From: an uncultured Chloroflexia bacterium
Lineage (GTDB): Bacteria; Chloroflexota; Limnocylindria; Limnocylindrales; CSP1-4
Length of the DNA: 64,000 nt
Direction of reading: 5' to 3'
Assembly: GCA_963768655.1 (NCBI GenBank)
Contig: CAVYIM010000006.1
Span: 246,895-310,894, forward strand
Part shown: piece by piece, positions 47,947 through 61,498 of the stretch
How the letters are laid out: the number at the start of each line of letters is the position of its first letter
Numbering within the stretch: the stretch's first letter is position 1
Made by a program: the position numbers and the translations under genes
The notes under the pieces: model-generated
What the model was told of the DNA's origin: nothing
Seen by the model: the letters and a program-made list of their open reading frames with translations, nothing else
Database searches by the model: none

Positions 47947-48504
47947 ATGGAGGGAGCGGTGGAGCAGGAGCTGGTGGTCGCGGCCCGGCTTGGCGACGAG
48001 GTCGCCTTCGCCCGGCTGATCGACGCTGAGGCCCCGCGCACCTACCGCGCCGTTCTGGCGATCGTCCGCTCGCCCGAGGATGCCCAGGAGGTGATGCAGG
48101 ATGCGTCGATACGAGCCTGGCGTCAGCTTCGGGGGCTGCGGCAGGCGGACAGCTGGCCGGCCTGGTTCCGCCGGATCGCCGTCCGCCAGGCCTTCGATCG
48201 CGCTGGCCGGCAGGGCCGGATTCGCGTGCGCGAGGTCAACCTGGATTCGGCCGCAAGCGAGGCCGGCCATGACCCAAGCTCCGGCTGGGCCGACCGGGCG
48301 AGCGTGATGGCGGCTCTGCAGCTTCTGGCCAGAGAAGATCGGGCCCTGTTGGGCCTGCGATTCGGCGCCGATCTGGCGGTGGCGGACGTCGCCGCCGCTC
48401 TCGGGATCCCTCTGGGCACGGCGAAATCCCGACTGCACCGCGCGCTCGGCCGCCTCGCGGCGGCCATGGGAGAACAACGATGTCCGCCGATGAACCGATC
48501 CTGA
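47947..48504 (+). CDS. ECF sigma-70 factor
   Basis: DAQEVMQDA, WFRRIAV and VAAALGIPLGTAKSRLHR motifs; upstream GGAAC...GTCA ECF-like promoter. Confidence 0.92.
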   Translation: MEGAVEQELVVAARLGDEVAFARLIDAEAPRTYRAVLAIVRSPEDAQEVMQDASIRAWRQLRGLRQADSWPAWFRRIAVRQAFDRAGRQGRIRVREVNLDSAASEAGHDPSSGWADRASVMAALQLLAREDRALLGLRFGADLAVADVAAALGIPLGTAKSRLHRALGRLAAAMGEQRCPPMNRS

Positions 48505-49712
48505 CGGCCATTGAAGAGCGTGCTGCGGGGGCACTCCGGGCCGCGCTGCATGAAGGCGCCACGTCCGAGCCGTTCCGTTTCGATTCCGGAGTGCTGACGG
48601 AGCCGGTCTCACGGGATCGGGTCCTGCGGGGCCGCCTGCCGGTCGGCATGGCCGCCGCCCTGGCGGTAGTGCTGGTCGCGGTCATGGCGGTCTTCGCCGG
48701 ACCGCAGCTCGGGATTGGAAGGCCGGCCGTGTCACTGGCGCATTTCGACAACGGCCAGTTCGCCTTCGACTATTCGAGCTCGTGGCGGACGATCGCCGTC
48801 GATCAGAATGGCCTGCCCGTTCTGGGCACCGGCGATTGGAGGCTCGGCTGCCCCGACCAGCCTTCGGCCACCGGGTGCGGCGAGGAGATCACGGACATCT
48901 CGGGCGGACGCATCGTCGTCACGATGTGGGCGCAGAGCCCCGGGCCGCCGGCGTACTGCTCCGAGGACGATGGTCTTGCGGCGGCGCCGCTCGGCACGGC
49001 GTGGATCCGGCAATACGACGAAAGCGCCCTGGAGGCCACCCAGCCGACGACCCGGTGGGAGATCCGCCGCCCCGGCTACGGCTTCGGCATGACCGGCAAC
49101 CTCTGGATCCAGGCCGTGACCGACAATCCGGCCGAGCTCGCCAACGCGGAGGCTCTCGTCGCGACCTTCCGCTGGGAGAAGGCCGGCGACTACTGCCAGT
49201 CGCAGACAGCCGGGCCGTCCTTGCCCGGCACGGCCGGCCGCTTCGACAACGGCCAGTTCTCGTTCTACTACCCGGCTGGCTGGGCCGTACTGAGCGGCGA
49301 CTACTACGAGACCAGGGCCTACGACGTGGTGGCGGTGCTTGGCACCGGCGTGTTCCATAGCGGGTGCACCTGGACGGACAACGGCGCCGGGTGCACCGGC
49401 GACACCGTCGACGTCAGCGGCGGCAGGGTCGTGGTGAAGATCTTCGAGCGCGTCGGGGGCCCGGCTCCCATGTGTGGGGGCGGTCAGGCGAATGAGACGC
49501 TCGGACCCAATGCCGTCCAATTGACCGGCCAGGGCTCGGCGCTCCTGTGGGAGATCCGCTTCCCTGGCTATGAGTTCGGGTGGCCGAACAACATCTTCGT
49601 CGAGGCGTGGACCAGCGGCTCCGAATCGATCGCCCAGGTCGAAGCGTTGGTCGCCAGCTTCCGCTGGGCCAGCGGCGTCTCGGGCACGGACTTCTGCCCT
49701 GTTGACGGATAG
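48480..49712 (+). CDS. Membrane-anchored protein with two tandem ~166-aa Cys-containing domains (putative anti-sigma/sensor)
   Basis: One TM helix; repeats begin FDNGQF at 48744 and 49242 and end EALVA(T/S)FRW. Confidence 0.72.
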   Translation: MSADEPILTAIEERAAGALRAALHEGATSEPFRFDSGVLTEPVSRDRVLRGRLPVGMAAALAVVLVAVMAVFAGPQLGIGRPAVSLAHFDNGQFAFDYSSSWRTIAVDQNGLPVLGTGDWRLGCPDQPSATGCGEEITDISGGRIVVTMWAQSPGPPAYCSEDDGLAAAPLGTAWIRQYDESALEATQPTTRWEIRRPGYGFGMTGNLWIQAVTDNPAELANAEALVATFRWEKAGDYCQSQTAGPSLPGTAGRFDNGQFSFYYPAGWAVLSGDYYETRAYDVVAVLGTGVFHSGCTWTDNGAGCTGDTVDVSGGRVVVKIFERVGGPAPMCGGGQANETLGPNAVQLTGQGSALLWEIRFPGYEFGWPNNIFVEAWTSGSESIAQVEALVASFRWASGVSGTDFCPVDG

Positions 49713-49748
49713 CCCGGCGCAGGCCCACGTTCGGCTACGATGCGCGGC

Positions 49749-51641
<1,893 letters not shown>

Positions 51642-51686
51642 GACACGGCATCAGGGCGGCCAGGCGGCCGAAATCGGAGGGCGGGT

Positions 51687-52682
51687 TTGGAACCGGGATC
51701 CGACCAGAGATACGTACGCTGCCGGCGTTGCCACGACGTCTTCCAGAATGGGCTTGCGAACTGCCCGCGGTGCGGTGCAGCCTACGTTCCCGCCGCCGAT
51801 CCGTCTGTGGCTGCGACGAGTTCGTACGCCGACAAGTACTCGGGCACGGAGTTCTCGGAGCCGCTGGATCTGACACCGTCGGTCCCGACGGCCCATCGGT
51901 CCGGGCTGGGCTTCCTGCTCGCTATCGGCGTGGCCCTGGTTGTGATGGCGCTGGCCGTCGGTGGGTTGGTCGCTCTGGGGGCCTTCGACGCGCCGGCGGC
52001 GGCGACGCCCCGCCACGACATCGTCGTCACCATCACGCCGACGCCGACCCCCATGCCCACGCTGCCCCCGATCGTGAGCCAGACGCTGATCCAGCTCGCC
52101 GATCCCAATCTGAACACGCACCTGGTCATCCAGACGACCGTCTCGGTGAACGCCCGGGTCACCGGTCGTTCGCAAGCGAGCACGGTCAACATGGCGGTCG
52201 ATTGCGCCGGCGGGAACGAGTCGGGCACGGAGACGGCAGGCGGAGTCACGTACGAGTGGCGGCTGGTCGATGGCACGTACTACACGCGGCGTCTGCCGAC
52301 CGGGACCTGGAAAGCCCAGGGCACAGTCTCCCCGTTCGTGATCCTGAGCCCGCTGTTCTCGCTTACGAACCCCCGCATGCTCCAATACGATGGTCCCGAC
52401 CAGGTGAATGGGATTGAGGCCATCAAGCTGGAAAGTACGCAGTGGTGGACCCCGGACTCGGGTAAGCTGAGTGGCCTGGACGTGGCCACGCTACCAATCA
52501 ACCCCGAGCACACGCAGCTCATGCTGTGGGTGGCCGCCGACGGTTCACCGATCTACGCGACCTTCAGAGCCTGGACCGATGCCCACGACGGCACGGGCAC
52601 GAACCTGCTGAACATCTCGACGACCTACACGTTCTCGAATGAGGGCGCGGTCCTGCCGATTCCGTCGCCGACGATGAAGTAG
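51687..52682 (+). CDS. Hypothetical Zn-ribbon/TM/extracellular beta-domain protein
   Basis: CRRC...CPRC, one TM helix, PTPTP linker, Thr-rich C-terminal domain. Confidence 0.7.
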   Translation: MEPGSDQRYVRCRRCHDVFQNGLANCPRCGAAYVPAADPSVAATSSYADKYSGTEFSEPLDLTPSVPTAHRSGLGFLLAIGVALVVMALAVGGLVALGAFDAPAAATPRHDIVVTITPTPTPMPTLPPIVSQTLIQLADPNLNTHLVIQTTVSVNARVTGRSQASTVNMAVDCAGGNESGTETAGGVTYEWRLVDGTYYTRRLPTGTWKAQGTVSPFVILSPLFSLTNPRMLQYDGPDQVNGIEAIKLESTQWWTPDSGKLSGLDVATLPINPEHTQLMLWVAADGSPIYATFRAWTDAHDGTGTNLLNISTTYTFSNEGAVLPIPSPTMK

Positions 52683-52721
52683 GTTCGGCGCGAACCGGGC
52701 CGCGGTCGGGGACCGCTCGGG

Positions 52722-53378
52722 CTATCGAGGCTGGTCCTGGTCCTCGGTCGCCACCGCCGAGCCCCAATCAGGCGGCGGCCCGGCGACGGGCTCGGGCGGG
52801 CCCTGGTAGTCGGGCAGGCCGCCGCGTGGCGTCGACGCGTCGTGAACGATTCCGGGGTCGCCCAGCTCGATGTGGCGGATCGGGACACCGGCAGCCGCCA
52901 GCGATTGGGCGGCCTCTTCGGCATGCTGCCCGGACAGGGCGGCCAGACGGTCGGCCAGGGTCACGGGAAACAGGATCGGGAAGCCAGGCTGGCCACCGTA
53001 GGCCGCACGAACGATCGCATCGGGAGTGGCCCCATGCGCCTCGACGAGCGAGGTGACGGTCTCCGGATCGACCCACACGAACCTGAAGGGCCACAGCATC
53101 GCGGCCGAGGTTTCGGCCACCGCGGCGACGGCGGTGCTCATCCCGTGCACGAACCAGGCGATGCCTTGCGGCTCGTCCGGCCCGGGGCTGGTCAGGGTCA
53201 CGCCGAGGTCGGCCACCGCCCGCCGCAGGTCTGCGGGCACTTCGGCGGCCACGATCACCGTCGGCAGGGCGCCACCGGACCACGCGACCTGGGCCACGCG
53301 GCGAAGAGCTGGTTCTCCGTCGATCGGGGCGAGAGCGGAGTGGGGCTCCGGCACTATCACAACTGCGGCAACGGTCAT
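52722..53378 (-). CDS. Divergent MocA/MobA-like NTP transferase fold protein
   Basis: [23 protein letters not shown] and [11 protein letters not shown] motifs. Confidence 0.65.
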   Translation of the reverse strand: MTVAAVVIVPEPHSALAPIDGEPALRRVAQVAWSGGALPTVIVAAEVPADLRRAVADLGVTLTSPGPDEPQGIAWFVHGMSTAVAAVAETSAAMLWPFRFVWVDPETVTSLVEAHGATPDAIVRAAYGGQPGFPILFPVTLADRLAALSGQHAEEAAQSLAAAGVPIRHIELGDPGIVHDASTPRGGLPDYQGPPEPVAGPPPDWGSAVATEDQDQPR

Positions 53379-53486
53379 GGCTGTCTCCTCGGGCCGAGTG
53401 TAACGCCTGCCGGACCACCGGCGAGGCGTGGCCATCGAAGCCCGAGGCGGCTCCTGGCTCGGGACTGTGCGACAATTCCGTTGCCC

Positions 53487-55416
53487 ATGAGTGACTCACC
53501 CGGTTCCGCCACGCCCGCGAGCCCCGCCACGGCCGCCCGCGCCGACGTCCGGAACCTGGCCATCGTCGCCCACGTCGACCATGGCAAGACCACGCTCGTC
53601 GACGCCATGCTTCGCCAGGCCGGAGCCTTTCGCGCCAACCAGATCGTCATGGAACGAGTCATGGACTCCAACGACCTCGAGCGCGAGAAGGGCATCACCA
53701 TCCTCGCCAAGCAGACTGCGGTCGACTATGACGGCATTCGCCTGAACATCGTCGACACGCCAGGTCATGCCGACTTCGGCGGTGAGGTCGAGCGCAGCCT
53801 GAACATGGTCGACTCCGTGCTGCTGCTGGTGGATGCGGCCGAGGGGCCCCTGCCGCAGACCCGATACGTCCTGCAGAAGGCGATGTCGCACGACCTGCCG
53901 GTGGTCGTTGCCATCAACAAGATCGACCGCTCGGACGCGCGCTCGGCGGAGGTGCTCGACGCGGTCTACGAGCTGTTCATGGACCTCGGCGCGGATGCAG
54001 CTCAGATCGATTTCCCGGTCGTCTACACGAACGCCAAGACGGGCACGGCGACGCTCCGCATCGACGAGCCCGGGTACGGATCTGCGGCCGCTCTTCGAGC
54101 TGCTGATCCAGCACACGCCGGCGCCGCGCTACGTACCGGACCACCCGTTGCAGCTGCTCGTCACCGATCTTTCGGCGAACGACTACGTGGGACGGATGGC
54201 GATCGGGCGAATCTGGAACGGCACGATCAAGATGGGCCAGCGGATCGTCATCGTCCGCGAGGAGGCCGAGGACACGGCCGGCGCGGTCGAGCCCGGGCGG
54301 ACGGTCACGCTGATCGGCACGGTCACCAGCCTGACGACGGCTCACGGCATCGAGCGGGTCGACATCGCGGAGGCCAGCGCCGGCGACATCGTGGCGGTTG
54401 CCGGCATCCCCGACGTCACGATCGGGGACACGCTGACCGATCCGGGCGATCCGCGGCCGATGCCGCGCCTGGACATGGACGCTCCCACGCTCCACATGAC
54501 CTTCGGGGCGAACACCTCGCCCCTCTCCGGTCGCGAGGGGCGCTACGTCACCAGCCGCCACATCCGCCAGCGCCTGGAGCGGGAGGTACTCGGCAACGTC
54601 TCGATCGAGTTCTCGCCGACTGAGTCCGCCGATACGTACGAGGTCCGGGGCCGTGGCGAGCTGCAGCTGGCGATCCTCATCGAACAGATGCGCCGGGAAG
54701 GCTACGAGCTACAGGTCAGCCGGCCAGAGGTCATTCTCCGCGACGTCGGCGGCGAGACCCAGGAGCCCTACGAGCGCATCACCGTCGACATCCCGCCGGA
54801 TTTCATCGGGCCCGTGCAGGCGGCGCTGGCCGATCGCAAAGCGCGTCTGGAACAGATGAGCACCGATGCCGACGGGCGGGTTCGAATGGAGTACGTCATT
54901 CCGGTTCGCGGGTTGATCGGCTTCCGTGGCCAGCTGCTCACCGAGACCAGAGGCACGGCCCTGATGCACCAGATCGGCGAGGGTTACGGCCCATGGGCCG
55001 GCGAAGTGACACACCGCACGACGGGCGTGATCGTGGCCGACCGGCCTGGAGTCTCGAACGCCTACGCGCTCTTCAACATACAGGAGCGCTCCGAGCTGTT
55101 CGTCGGCGTCGGCGTGGACGTCTACGAAGGCATGGTCATCGGTGAGAACTCCCGTCCCGACGACATGGACGTCAACGCGACCAAGGAGAAGAAGCTCACC
55201 AACATGCGGACTCACGCCCATGACGAGGCGCTCCGCCTGACGCCGCCGCGGGAGCTCACTCTCGAGTCGGCCATCGAGTTCATCGGCGGCGACGAGCTGG
55301 TCGAGGTGACGCCCAAGTCGATCCGTCTGCGAAAGCGGGTGCTCTCGCAGCACGATCGGCGCCGCATCGCCGGCCGTGAGTACGACCGAGCGATCGCGGA
55401 GCGCGAGGCTCGGTAA
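53487..55416 (+). CDS. typA: Translational GTPase TypA/BipA (one frameshift near 54072)
   Basis: [17 protein letters not shown] and NKID in one frame; GRGELQL and [14 protein letters not shown] in another. Confidence 0.93.
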
Positions 55417-55785
55417 GCTCGTTAGCTCCGCGCCGAGCCGGAACATGATCTTCGCGCTCTAGGGCCGAAGTCGTGTAGGAGTCTCGAGCCGCGGGGCGCG
55501 GCGACATGCCGGTCGGCCCGGCGGCCGCCGGGCCTTGCGCATCTTCGTCCGGGGCGGTGATAGGGGGCAGCAGCAGTCCGCGTCGGACCCGACGGATCCT
55601 CCGCGGCGGCTCGCCGCATCGGAACGCAGCGTGGATCGGCCGCGATCAGCCCGGACGCCGCGGCTCGACCGCGAGTCATTGTTGCGATCGCAGCGGCTGA
55701 TGTTGGGCAAGAACGGGGCCGTGCTGCGCCTCGTACAGCAGGCCGGCGGAGGGATGCCAGCGGGGCTCGGCGTACAATCGATGCC

Positions 55786-57006
55786 ATGCCGATCTACCTC
55801 GACCACGCTGCCACAACGCCGCTGCGGCCCGAGGCTCTCGAGGCGATGCTGCCGTACCTGACGGAGCACTTCGGCAACGCTTCCTCGCCGCACGCGTTCG
55901 GACGGGTGGCGCACGCCGGGCTCGATGAAGCTCGCGAGCGGATGGCGTGCGCAATCGGCGCCCAGCCGCGCGAGATCGTCTTCACCTCGGGCGGCAGCGA
56001 GTCGAACAACCTGGCCGTGAAGGGTGCCGCGTGGGCCGGCAAGGCGCGCGGCCATCGGATCGTGACGACGGCCGTGGAGCACCACTCAGTCGGCCACACC
56101 ATGCGCTACCTGGAAAAGTTCGGCTTCGAGATCGTGGAGGTGCCCGTGGACCGCTACGGGCGAGTAGACCCCCGTGACATCGAGGCGGCCATCACTCCCC
56201 GGACGATCCTGGTCAGCGTCATGCTCGCCAACAATGAGGTGGGCACGATTGAGCCGCTCGCGGAGATCGCCGCGTGCGTGCGCCGCCACAGGGGCGTGCT
56301 GCTCCACACGGACGCGGTCCAGGCCGCGGCCCATCTCACCATCGACGTGGCGGCCCTGGACGTGGATCTCCTGTCTCTGGCGGCGCACAAGTTCGAGGGA
56401 CCCAAGGGCGTTGGCGCCCTGTTCGTCCGCCACGGCACGAACATCCTGGCCCAACAGCAGGGCGGCGCACAGGAGCGCTATCGCCGCGCCGGGACCGAGG
56501 ACGTGGCCGGGGCCGTCGGGATGGCCGTCGCGCTCGAGCTGGCCACTGCGGAGCGGCCGGCGATAGAGTCGCAGCTGGGCGTGCTGCGGGACGCCCTGGC
56601 GGGCCTGCTGCTCGGCATCGAAGGCGTGCTGGAGACCGGGCACCCGGTCGAACGGCTGGCCAACAGCGTGTCGGTCGTGATCGGTGGGCTCGACGGCGCC
56701 TCGCTGGTGATGGCGCTCGATCTGGCCGGCCTGGCCTGTTCGACCGGCTCGGCGTGCGTGACCGGCTCGAGCGAAGTCAGCCACGTTCTGACGGCCATGG
56801 GATATCCGGAGGACGAGGCGAAGAGCGCTCTCCGGCTCTCGCTCGGGCGAACGACGACGGCGGCCGAGATCGAGCAGGCCGGGCATCTGATTGCTCAGGC
56901 GATCGAGACCCAGCGCGATGCAGCCGGAAAGATGGCGGCGATCGGCCGCCCGGCCACGCCCGGCCACGAGGCCGGGGCCGCTGCAGCGGAGGCGACGGCC
57001 GGGTGA
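55786..57006 (+). CDS. iscS: Cysteine desulfurase (IscS/NifS)
   Basis: [24 protein letters not shown] and STGSAC motifs. Confidence 0.93.
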   Translation: MPIYLDHAATTPLRPEALEAMLPYLTEHFGNASSPHAFGRVAHAGLDEARERMACAIGAQPREIVFTSGGSESNNLAVKGAAWAGKARGHRIVTTAVEHHSVGHTMRYLEKFGFEIVEVPVDRYGRVDPRDIEAAITPRTILVSVMLANNEVGTIEPLAEIAACVRRHRGVLLHTDAVQAAAHLTIDVAALDVDLLSLAAHKFEGPKGVGALFVRHGTNILAQQQGGAQERYRRAGTEDVAGAVGMAVALELATAERPAIESQLGVLRDALAGLLLGIEGVLETGHPVERLANSVSVVIGGLDGASLVMALDLAGLACSTGSACVTGSSEVSHVLTAMGYPEDEAKSALRLSLGRTTTAAEIEQAGHLIAQAIETQRDAAGKMAAIGRPATPGHEAGAAAAEATAG

Positions 57007-58109
57007 CGCGCGTCCTCGTCGCGATGTCCGGCGGCGTGGACTCGTCCGTGGCGGCGGCGCTGGTGCGCGCCGCGGGCGACGAGGCCATCGGCGTGTGGAT
57101 GCGACTCCACGATGTCGCCGACACTCAGTCTGAATTCAAGAGGAGCTGTTGCTCGCTCGACGCGGCCGAAGATGCGCGCCGTGTCGCGGCCCAGCTCCAG
57201 ATTCCCTTCTACGTCATGAATCTGGAGCCCGAATTCGACGCGGGCGTGCTGCAGCCGTTCCTGCGAGCCTATCTGGAGGGCCGCACGCCCAGCCCCTGCG
57301 TCGACTGCAACAGCGTCGTCAAGTTCGGGGCGCTGCTGGGCCGCGCCCGGTTCATGTACCAGTGCGATGCGGTCGCAACCGGCCACTATGCCCGCGTCGC
57401 AGCCCCGCGCGGCCCGGGAGCGGGATTTGAGCTGCTGCGCGGCCGGGACCCGAACAAGGACCAGAGCTACTTCCTCTACGGTCTCGGCCAGGAGGAGCTG
57501 GCGCACACGCGTCTTCCGCTCGGCGACATGACCAAACCGCAGGTTCGCGAGCTGGCGCGCTCGCTGGGGCTGGTCACGGCCGAGAAGCGCGACAGCCAGG
57601 AGATCTGCTTCGTGCCGCGGGGCGACTACCGCGACGTCCTGCGCGAGCGGGCTGGCTGGAAAGCCGAGCCGGGCCCGGTCGTCGACGTCGACGGCCGTGA
57701 GGTCGGTGAGCATTTCGGGGCCGCGTCGTACACCATCGGGCAGCGTCAGGGGATCGGCGTGGCGCTTGGCGAACCGCGCTATGTGTGGAAGATCGACGCC
57801 GTCGCGAACATCGTCCGCCTGGGCCGCCGGGCGGATCTCGAAACCAGACGGTTCGAGGTCGAGGAGATGCGCTTCGTCGCCGGCGAGCCGCCGGCCGGGG
57901 CCGCAGCCTTCCGAGCGGAAGTCCAGGTTCGCTACCGAGGCCGCGTGGCCGGCGCGACCGTGTCGCCGGCGCGGGACGGTCGCTGGACCGTCGAGACCGA
58001 CGACCCCGTCTGGGCGGCTGCGCCGGGTCAGGCCGCGGTCCTGTACCGCGCAGACATGGTCGTCGGGGGCGGGCGGATAGCTCGGGCCGGGGATTCGGCC
58101 GTCGCCTGA
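57003..58109 (+). CDS. mnmA: tRNA 2-thiouridylase
   Basis: [27 protein letters not shown] and PGQAAV motifs. Confidence 0.96.
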   Translation: MTRVLVAMSGGVDSSVAAALVRAAGDEAIGVWMRLHDVADTQSEFKRSCCSLDAAEDARRVAAQLQIPFYVMNLEPEFDAGVLQPFLRAYLEGRTPSPCVDCNSVVKFGALLGRARFMYQCDAVATGHYARVAAPRGPGAGFELLRGRDPNKDQSYFLYGLGQEELAHTRLPLGDMTKPQVRELARSLGLVTAEKRDSQEICFVPRGDYRDVLRERAGWKAEPGPVVDVDGREVGEHFGAASYTIGQRQGIGVALGEPRYVWKIDAVANIVRLGRRADLETRRFEVEEMRFVAGEPPAGAAAFRAEVQVRYRGRVAGATVSPARDGRWTVETDDPVWAAAPGQAAVLYRADMVVGGGRIARAGDSAVA

Positions 58110-58185
58110 CAGCCTGTGGCGGGAAATGGGCTCCTATACTCACGCCGAAGTCGCCGGAAAGCGGCATCCCCCAATGAGGAGTTGA

Positions 58186-58473
58186 GTGGCTCTCGGTACT
58201 GCTCCGGTGCTGGCCGTCCTGGTCGGCCTGTTTCACACCGGTCTGTTCGTGTTCCTGCGAGGCCGGGCCGGCGGGCGGACCGTGCTCGTCGCATGTGCCG
58301 CCATCCTGGGGGCGTGGGCGGGCGATGCAGTGGGAGGACGCCTCGGCGTCGATCCGCTGCACGTGGGCGACTTCCACGTCGTCTCGGCTTCCGTCGTGGC
58401 CTGGGTAGGCATCGCCTTCGTTTCTGTGATAAGCGTGCTCGGACCGGCGCCTTCCCCCGAGGAGCCGGATTGA
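58186..58473 (+). CDS. Small three-TM membrane protein
   Basis: TATACT and GAGGAG SD upstream; hydrophobic helices, GAWAG. Confidence 0.7.
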   Translation: MALGTAPVLAVLVGLFHTGLFVFLRGRAGGRTVLVACAAILGAWAGDAVGGRLGVDPLHVGDFHVVSASVVAWVGIAFVSVISVLGPAPSPEEPD

Positions 58474-58521
58474 TTCGGTCGCTGGTCTGGTTCCTGGTTC
58501 GCCGCCGCGTGGTCCGCCGCC

Positions 58522-58647
58522 GTGCCGGACGGGATTTCAGGCGATCCACGGCTGATCGCGTTCGCGCGGGGCGTGGCTCTGGGAACCCTGGTCGGTGCGG
58601 CCATCGCCGGTTCGACCATCTGGAGCAGGCGCCGGAAGCTCGATTGA
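58522..58647 (+). CDS. Small single-TM protein (start uncertain)
   Basis: ...DPRLIAFARGVALGTLVGAAIAGSTIWSRRRKLD; below the ORF-track cutoff. Confidence 0.4.
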   Translation: MPDGISGDPRLIAFARGVALGTLVGAAIAGSTIWSRRRKLD

Positions 58648-58745
58648 AGCGTCTGCCCCCTGGTTGGATTGCCGTGACGTCCGGTTCGTGGCCCAGCTGA
58701 CCCGGTCGCGCCGGGCGCTCGCGCGGTTTGGTACCGTTATCAGCG

Positions 58746-61481
58746 ATGCCTGACCTGCCGATCCCTTACCTCGCAGGGGCCGAGGTGCGCCGCCGCTACG
58801 TCGAGTTCTTCGTCCAGCGTGGTCACACCGAGGTCCCGAGCGCCTCGCTCGTGCCCGCCGGTGACCAGACCCTGCTGTTCACGAACTCGGGCATGGTCCA
58901 GTTCAAGGACGTCCTGACAGGGCGGGAGAAGCGCAGCTACGTCCGGGCGACGGACTACCAGCGCTGCCTGCGGGTGGCCGGCAAGCACAACGACTTCGAG
59001 GAGGTGGGCCGCACGCCGCGCCATCACACCTTCTTCGAGATGCTCGGCAACTGGAGCTTCGGCGACTACTTCAAGCGCGAGGCGATCCACTGGGCCTGGG
59101 AGCTCTTGACCGAGGTCTACCAGATCCCCGGCGACCGGCTGGCGGCGACGGTCTACCGCGACGACGACGAGGCCTATCGGATCTGGCGCGAGGAGATCGG
59201 CCTGCCACCCGAGCGGATCGCCCGCTGGGGCCACGTCGAGGCGGGCGACGAGGCGAACTTCTGGCGAATGGCCGAGACCGGGCCGTGCGGTCGCTGCTCG
59301 GAGATTCACTTCGACCGCGGGGCGGAGTTCAGCGAGGGGCCGCACTGCGTTCCGGACCACTCCGAGCACTGCCCACGCTGGCTCGAGGTCTGGAACCTGG
59401 TCTTCATGGAGTTCGAGCAGCGCGCCGACGGCACGCGCGTGCCGCTGCCGATGCAGTCGGTCGACACGGGCATGGGCCTGGAGCGCCTGACCAGCGTCAT
59501 CCAGCAGGTGCCCACCAACTACGACACGGACTTTTTCACGCCGATCCATGCCGCCATGCGCGACCTGCTCGGTCACGATCCCGAGGCGTTCGAGGCGGAG
59601 CGATTCAGCTACCAGGTCATCGCCGACCACTCCCGGGCCGTGACGTTCCTCGTTGCCGACGGGGTCGTGCCCTCCAACGAAGGGCGCGGCTACGTGCTGC
59701 GCCGCATCATCCGCCGGGCGGTGCGTCACGGCCGGCTCCTGGGCCGCCGCGAGCCGTTCATGGACGTGACCGCGGGCGTCGTGATCGATGTGATGAAGGA
59801 CGCCTATCCGAACCTGGTCGAGAAGCGGGACAAGATCCTGAAGGTGATCCGCCAGGAGGAGGCGCAATTCGCCCGCACCCTTGAGACGGGCACGAGCCAC
59901 CTCGAGGCTGCGCTGGCGCCGCTGACCAGGTCCGAACGATCGATTGGTCGCCGGCCCGAGTCGCTCCCGCAAGACGCCCCGGTCTTGCCCGGGGAGGTCG
60001 CGTTCCGGCTTCACGACACCTACGGCTTCCCCGTGGACCTCACGGTGGACATGGCCGCCGAATACGGCGTGCGCGTCGATCGGGAAGGCTTCGCCGCCGC
60101 AATGGCCGAGCAGAAGGAGCGAAGTCGAAAGGGCACGAAGGCGGAGCTGGCGCGTCACGCCGAGCTGGGCGATCTCTACCAGGCGATCCTGCGCCGGGCC
60201 GGGGAGACGCGCTTCCTGGGCTACGACGCGACGGAGGCCGAAGGCCGGGTCGTGGCGATCCTGCGCGACGGGATGGAGTACCAGGAGTTGACCGGCCACG
60301 GTGAGGCGGAGGTGGTCCTCGACGCCACTCCCTTCTACGGCGAGGGCGGCGGCCAGGTCGGCGACCGGGGCGAGCTGCTCGAGGCCGACGGCGGCAGCCC
60401 GCTCTTCACCGTCGAGGACACGCAGAAGCCGATCGCGGGTCTGTTCGTGCATCGCGGCAAGCTTCACGGCCGGCTGAGGGTCGGAGAAACGGTCACTGCC
60501 CGTGTGGACGCCGAACGGCGGGCCCGAATAATGCGCAACCACACGGCCACGCACCTGCTGCACCGCGCCCTGCGCAACGTCGTCGGCCCGGAGGCGCACC
60601 AGGCCGGCTCGCTCGTGGCGCCCGACTATCTCCGCTTCGACTACCCGATGGACCGGCCGCTGACGGCGCCGAGAAGCGGGCCATCGAGGACGAGGTTCGG
60701 CGGATCGTGCGCGAGAACCGCCCCGTGACGACCGTGGTTCAGCCGATGGCCGATGCCATGGCTGCCGGTGCCGACGCCTTCTTCGACGAGAAGTACGGTG
60801 AGCGCGTTCGCACCGTTCGGGTCGAGGGCTACTCGCTCGAGCTGTGCGGCGGCACGCACTGCTCGGCCGCGGGCCAGATCGGTGGCTTCGTCATCACTGC
60901 CGATCGGAGCATCGGGGCGGGCACGCGGCGCATCGAAGCCATGACCGGCGACGGCGCCGACGCCCTGCTGCGCGAGCGCACTCGACCTGCTGGAGCGGAT
61001 CGCGGCGACGGTCGGGGCCACGTCCGTGGAGGGCGTCCCGGAGCGCGTCGCCGCCCTGCAGGACGAGCTGCGCGAGGCTCGGAGGCGACTCAAGGCAGGC
61101 GGAGGCGGCCATCCCAGGCCGGCCGAGCTGGTCGCCCGCGCCGAGGAAGTGGCGCCCGGCGTGAGGCTGGTCGCCCATTCCGGTGCGTTCGATTCGTCCG
61201 AGCAGTGGAAGGGCTTCGTCAAGGAGATCCGCGCCGCCCTTGGCTCGGGCGTGATCGCCGTCGCGTTCGACGCCGACGCCCCGCAGATCTTCGTGACCGT
61301 CAGCGAGGACCTGCTCTCACGCGGCGTCTCGGCCGGCGAGCTGGTCAAGGTGGCCATGAAGCCGATGGAAGGCCGCGGCGGTGGTCGTGCGGAGATGGCT
61401 CAGGGGATGGGCACGCGCCGGGAAGGTATCGTCGCCGCCCTGGCCTCGATCGCGGATACACTAAGAACGGCAGGCAAGTAG
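58746..61481 (+). CDS. alaS: Alanine--tRNA ligase (frameshifts near 60670 and 60980)
   Basis: LLFTNSGM, HHTFFEMLGN, DTGMGLER, NHTATHLL, ELCGGTH and GGGRAEMAQG spread over three frames. Confidence 0.95.
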
Positions 61482-61498
61482 AGGCTAGGGGAGCGGCC

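Noticed and set aside
60660-60990. Programmed frameshifting or a naturally split alaS
   Set aside because: No slippery sites or SD-led restarts; coincides with an indel-rich stretch
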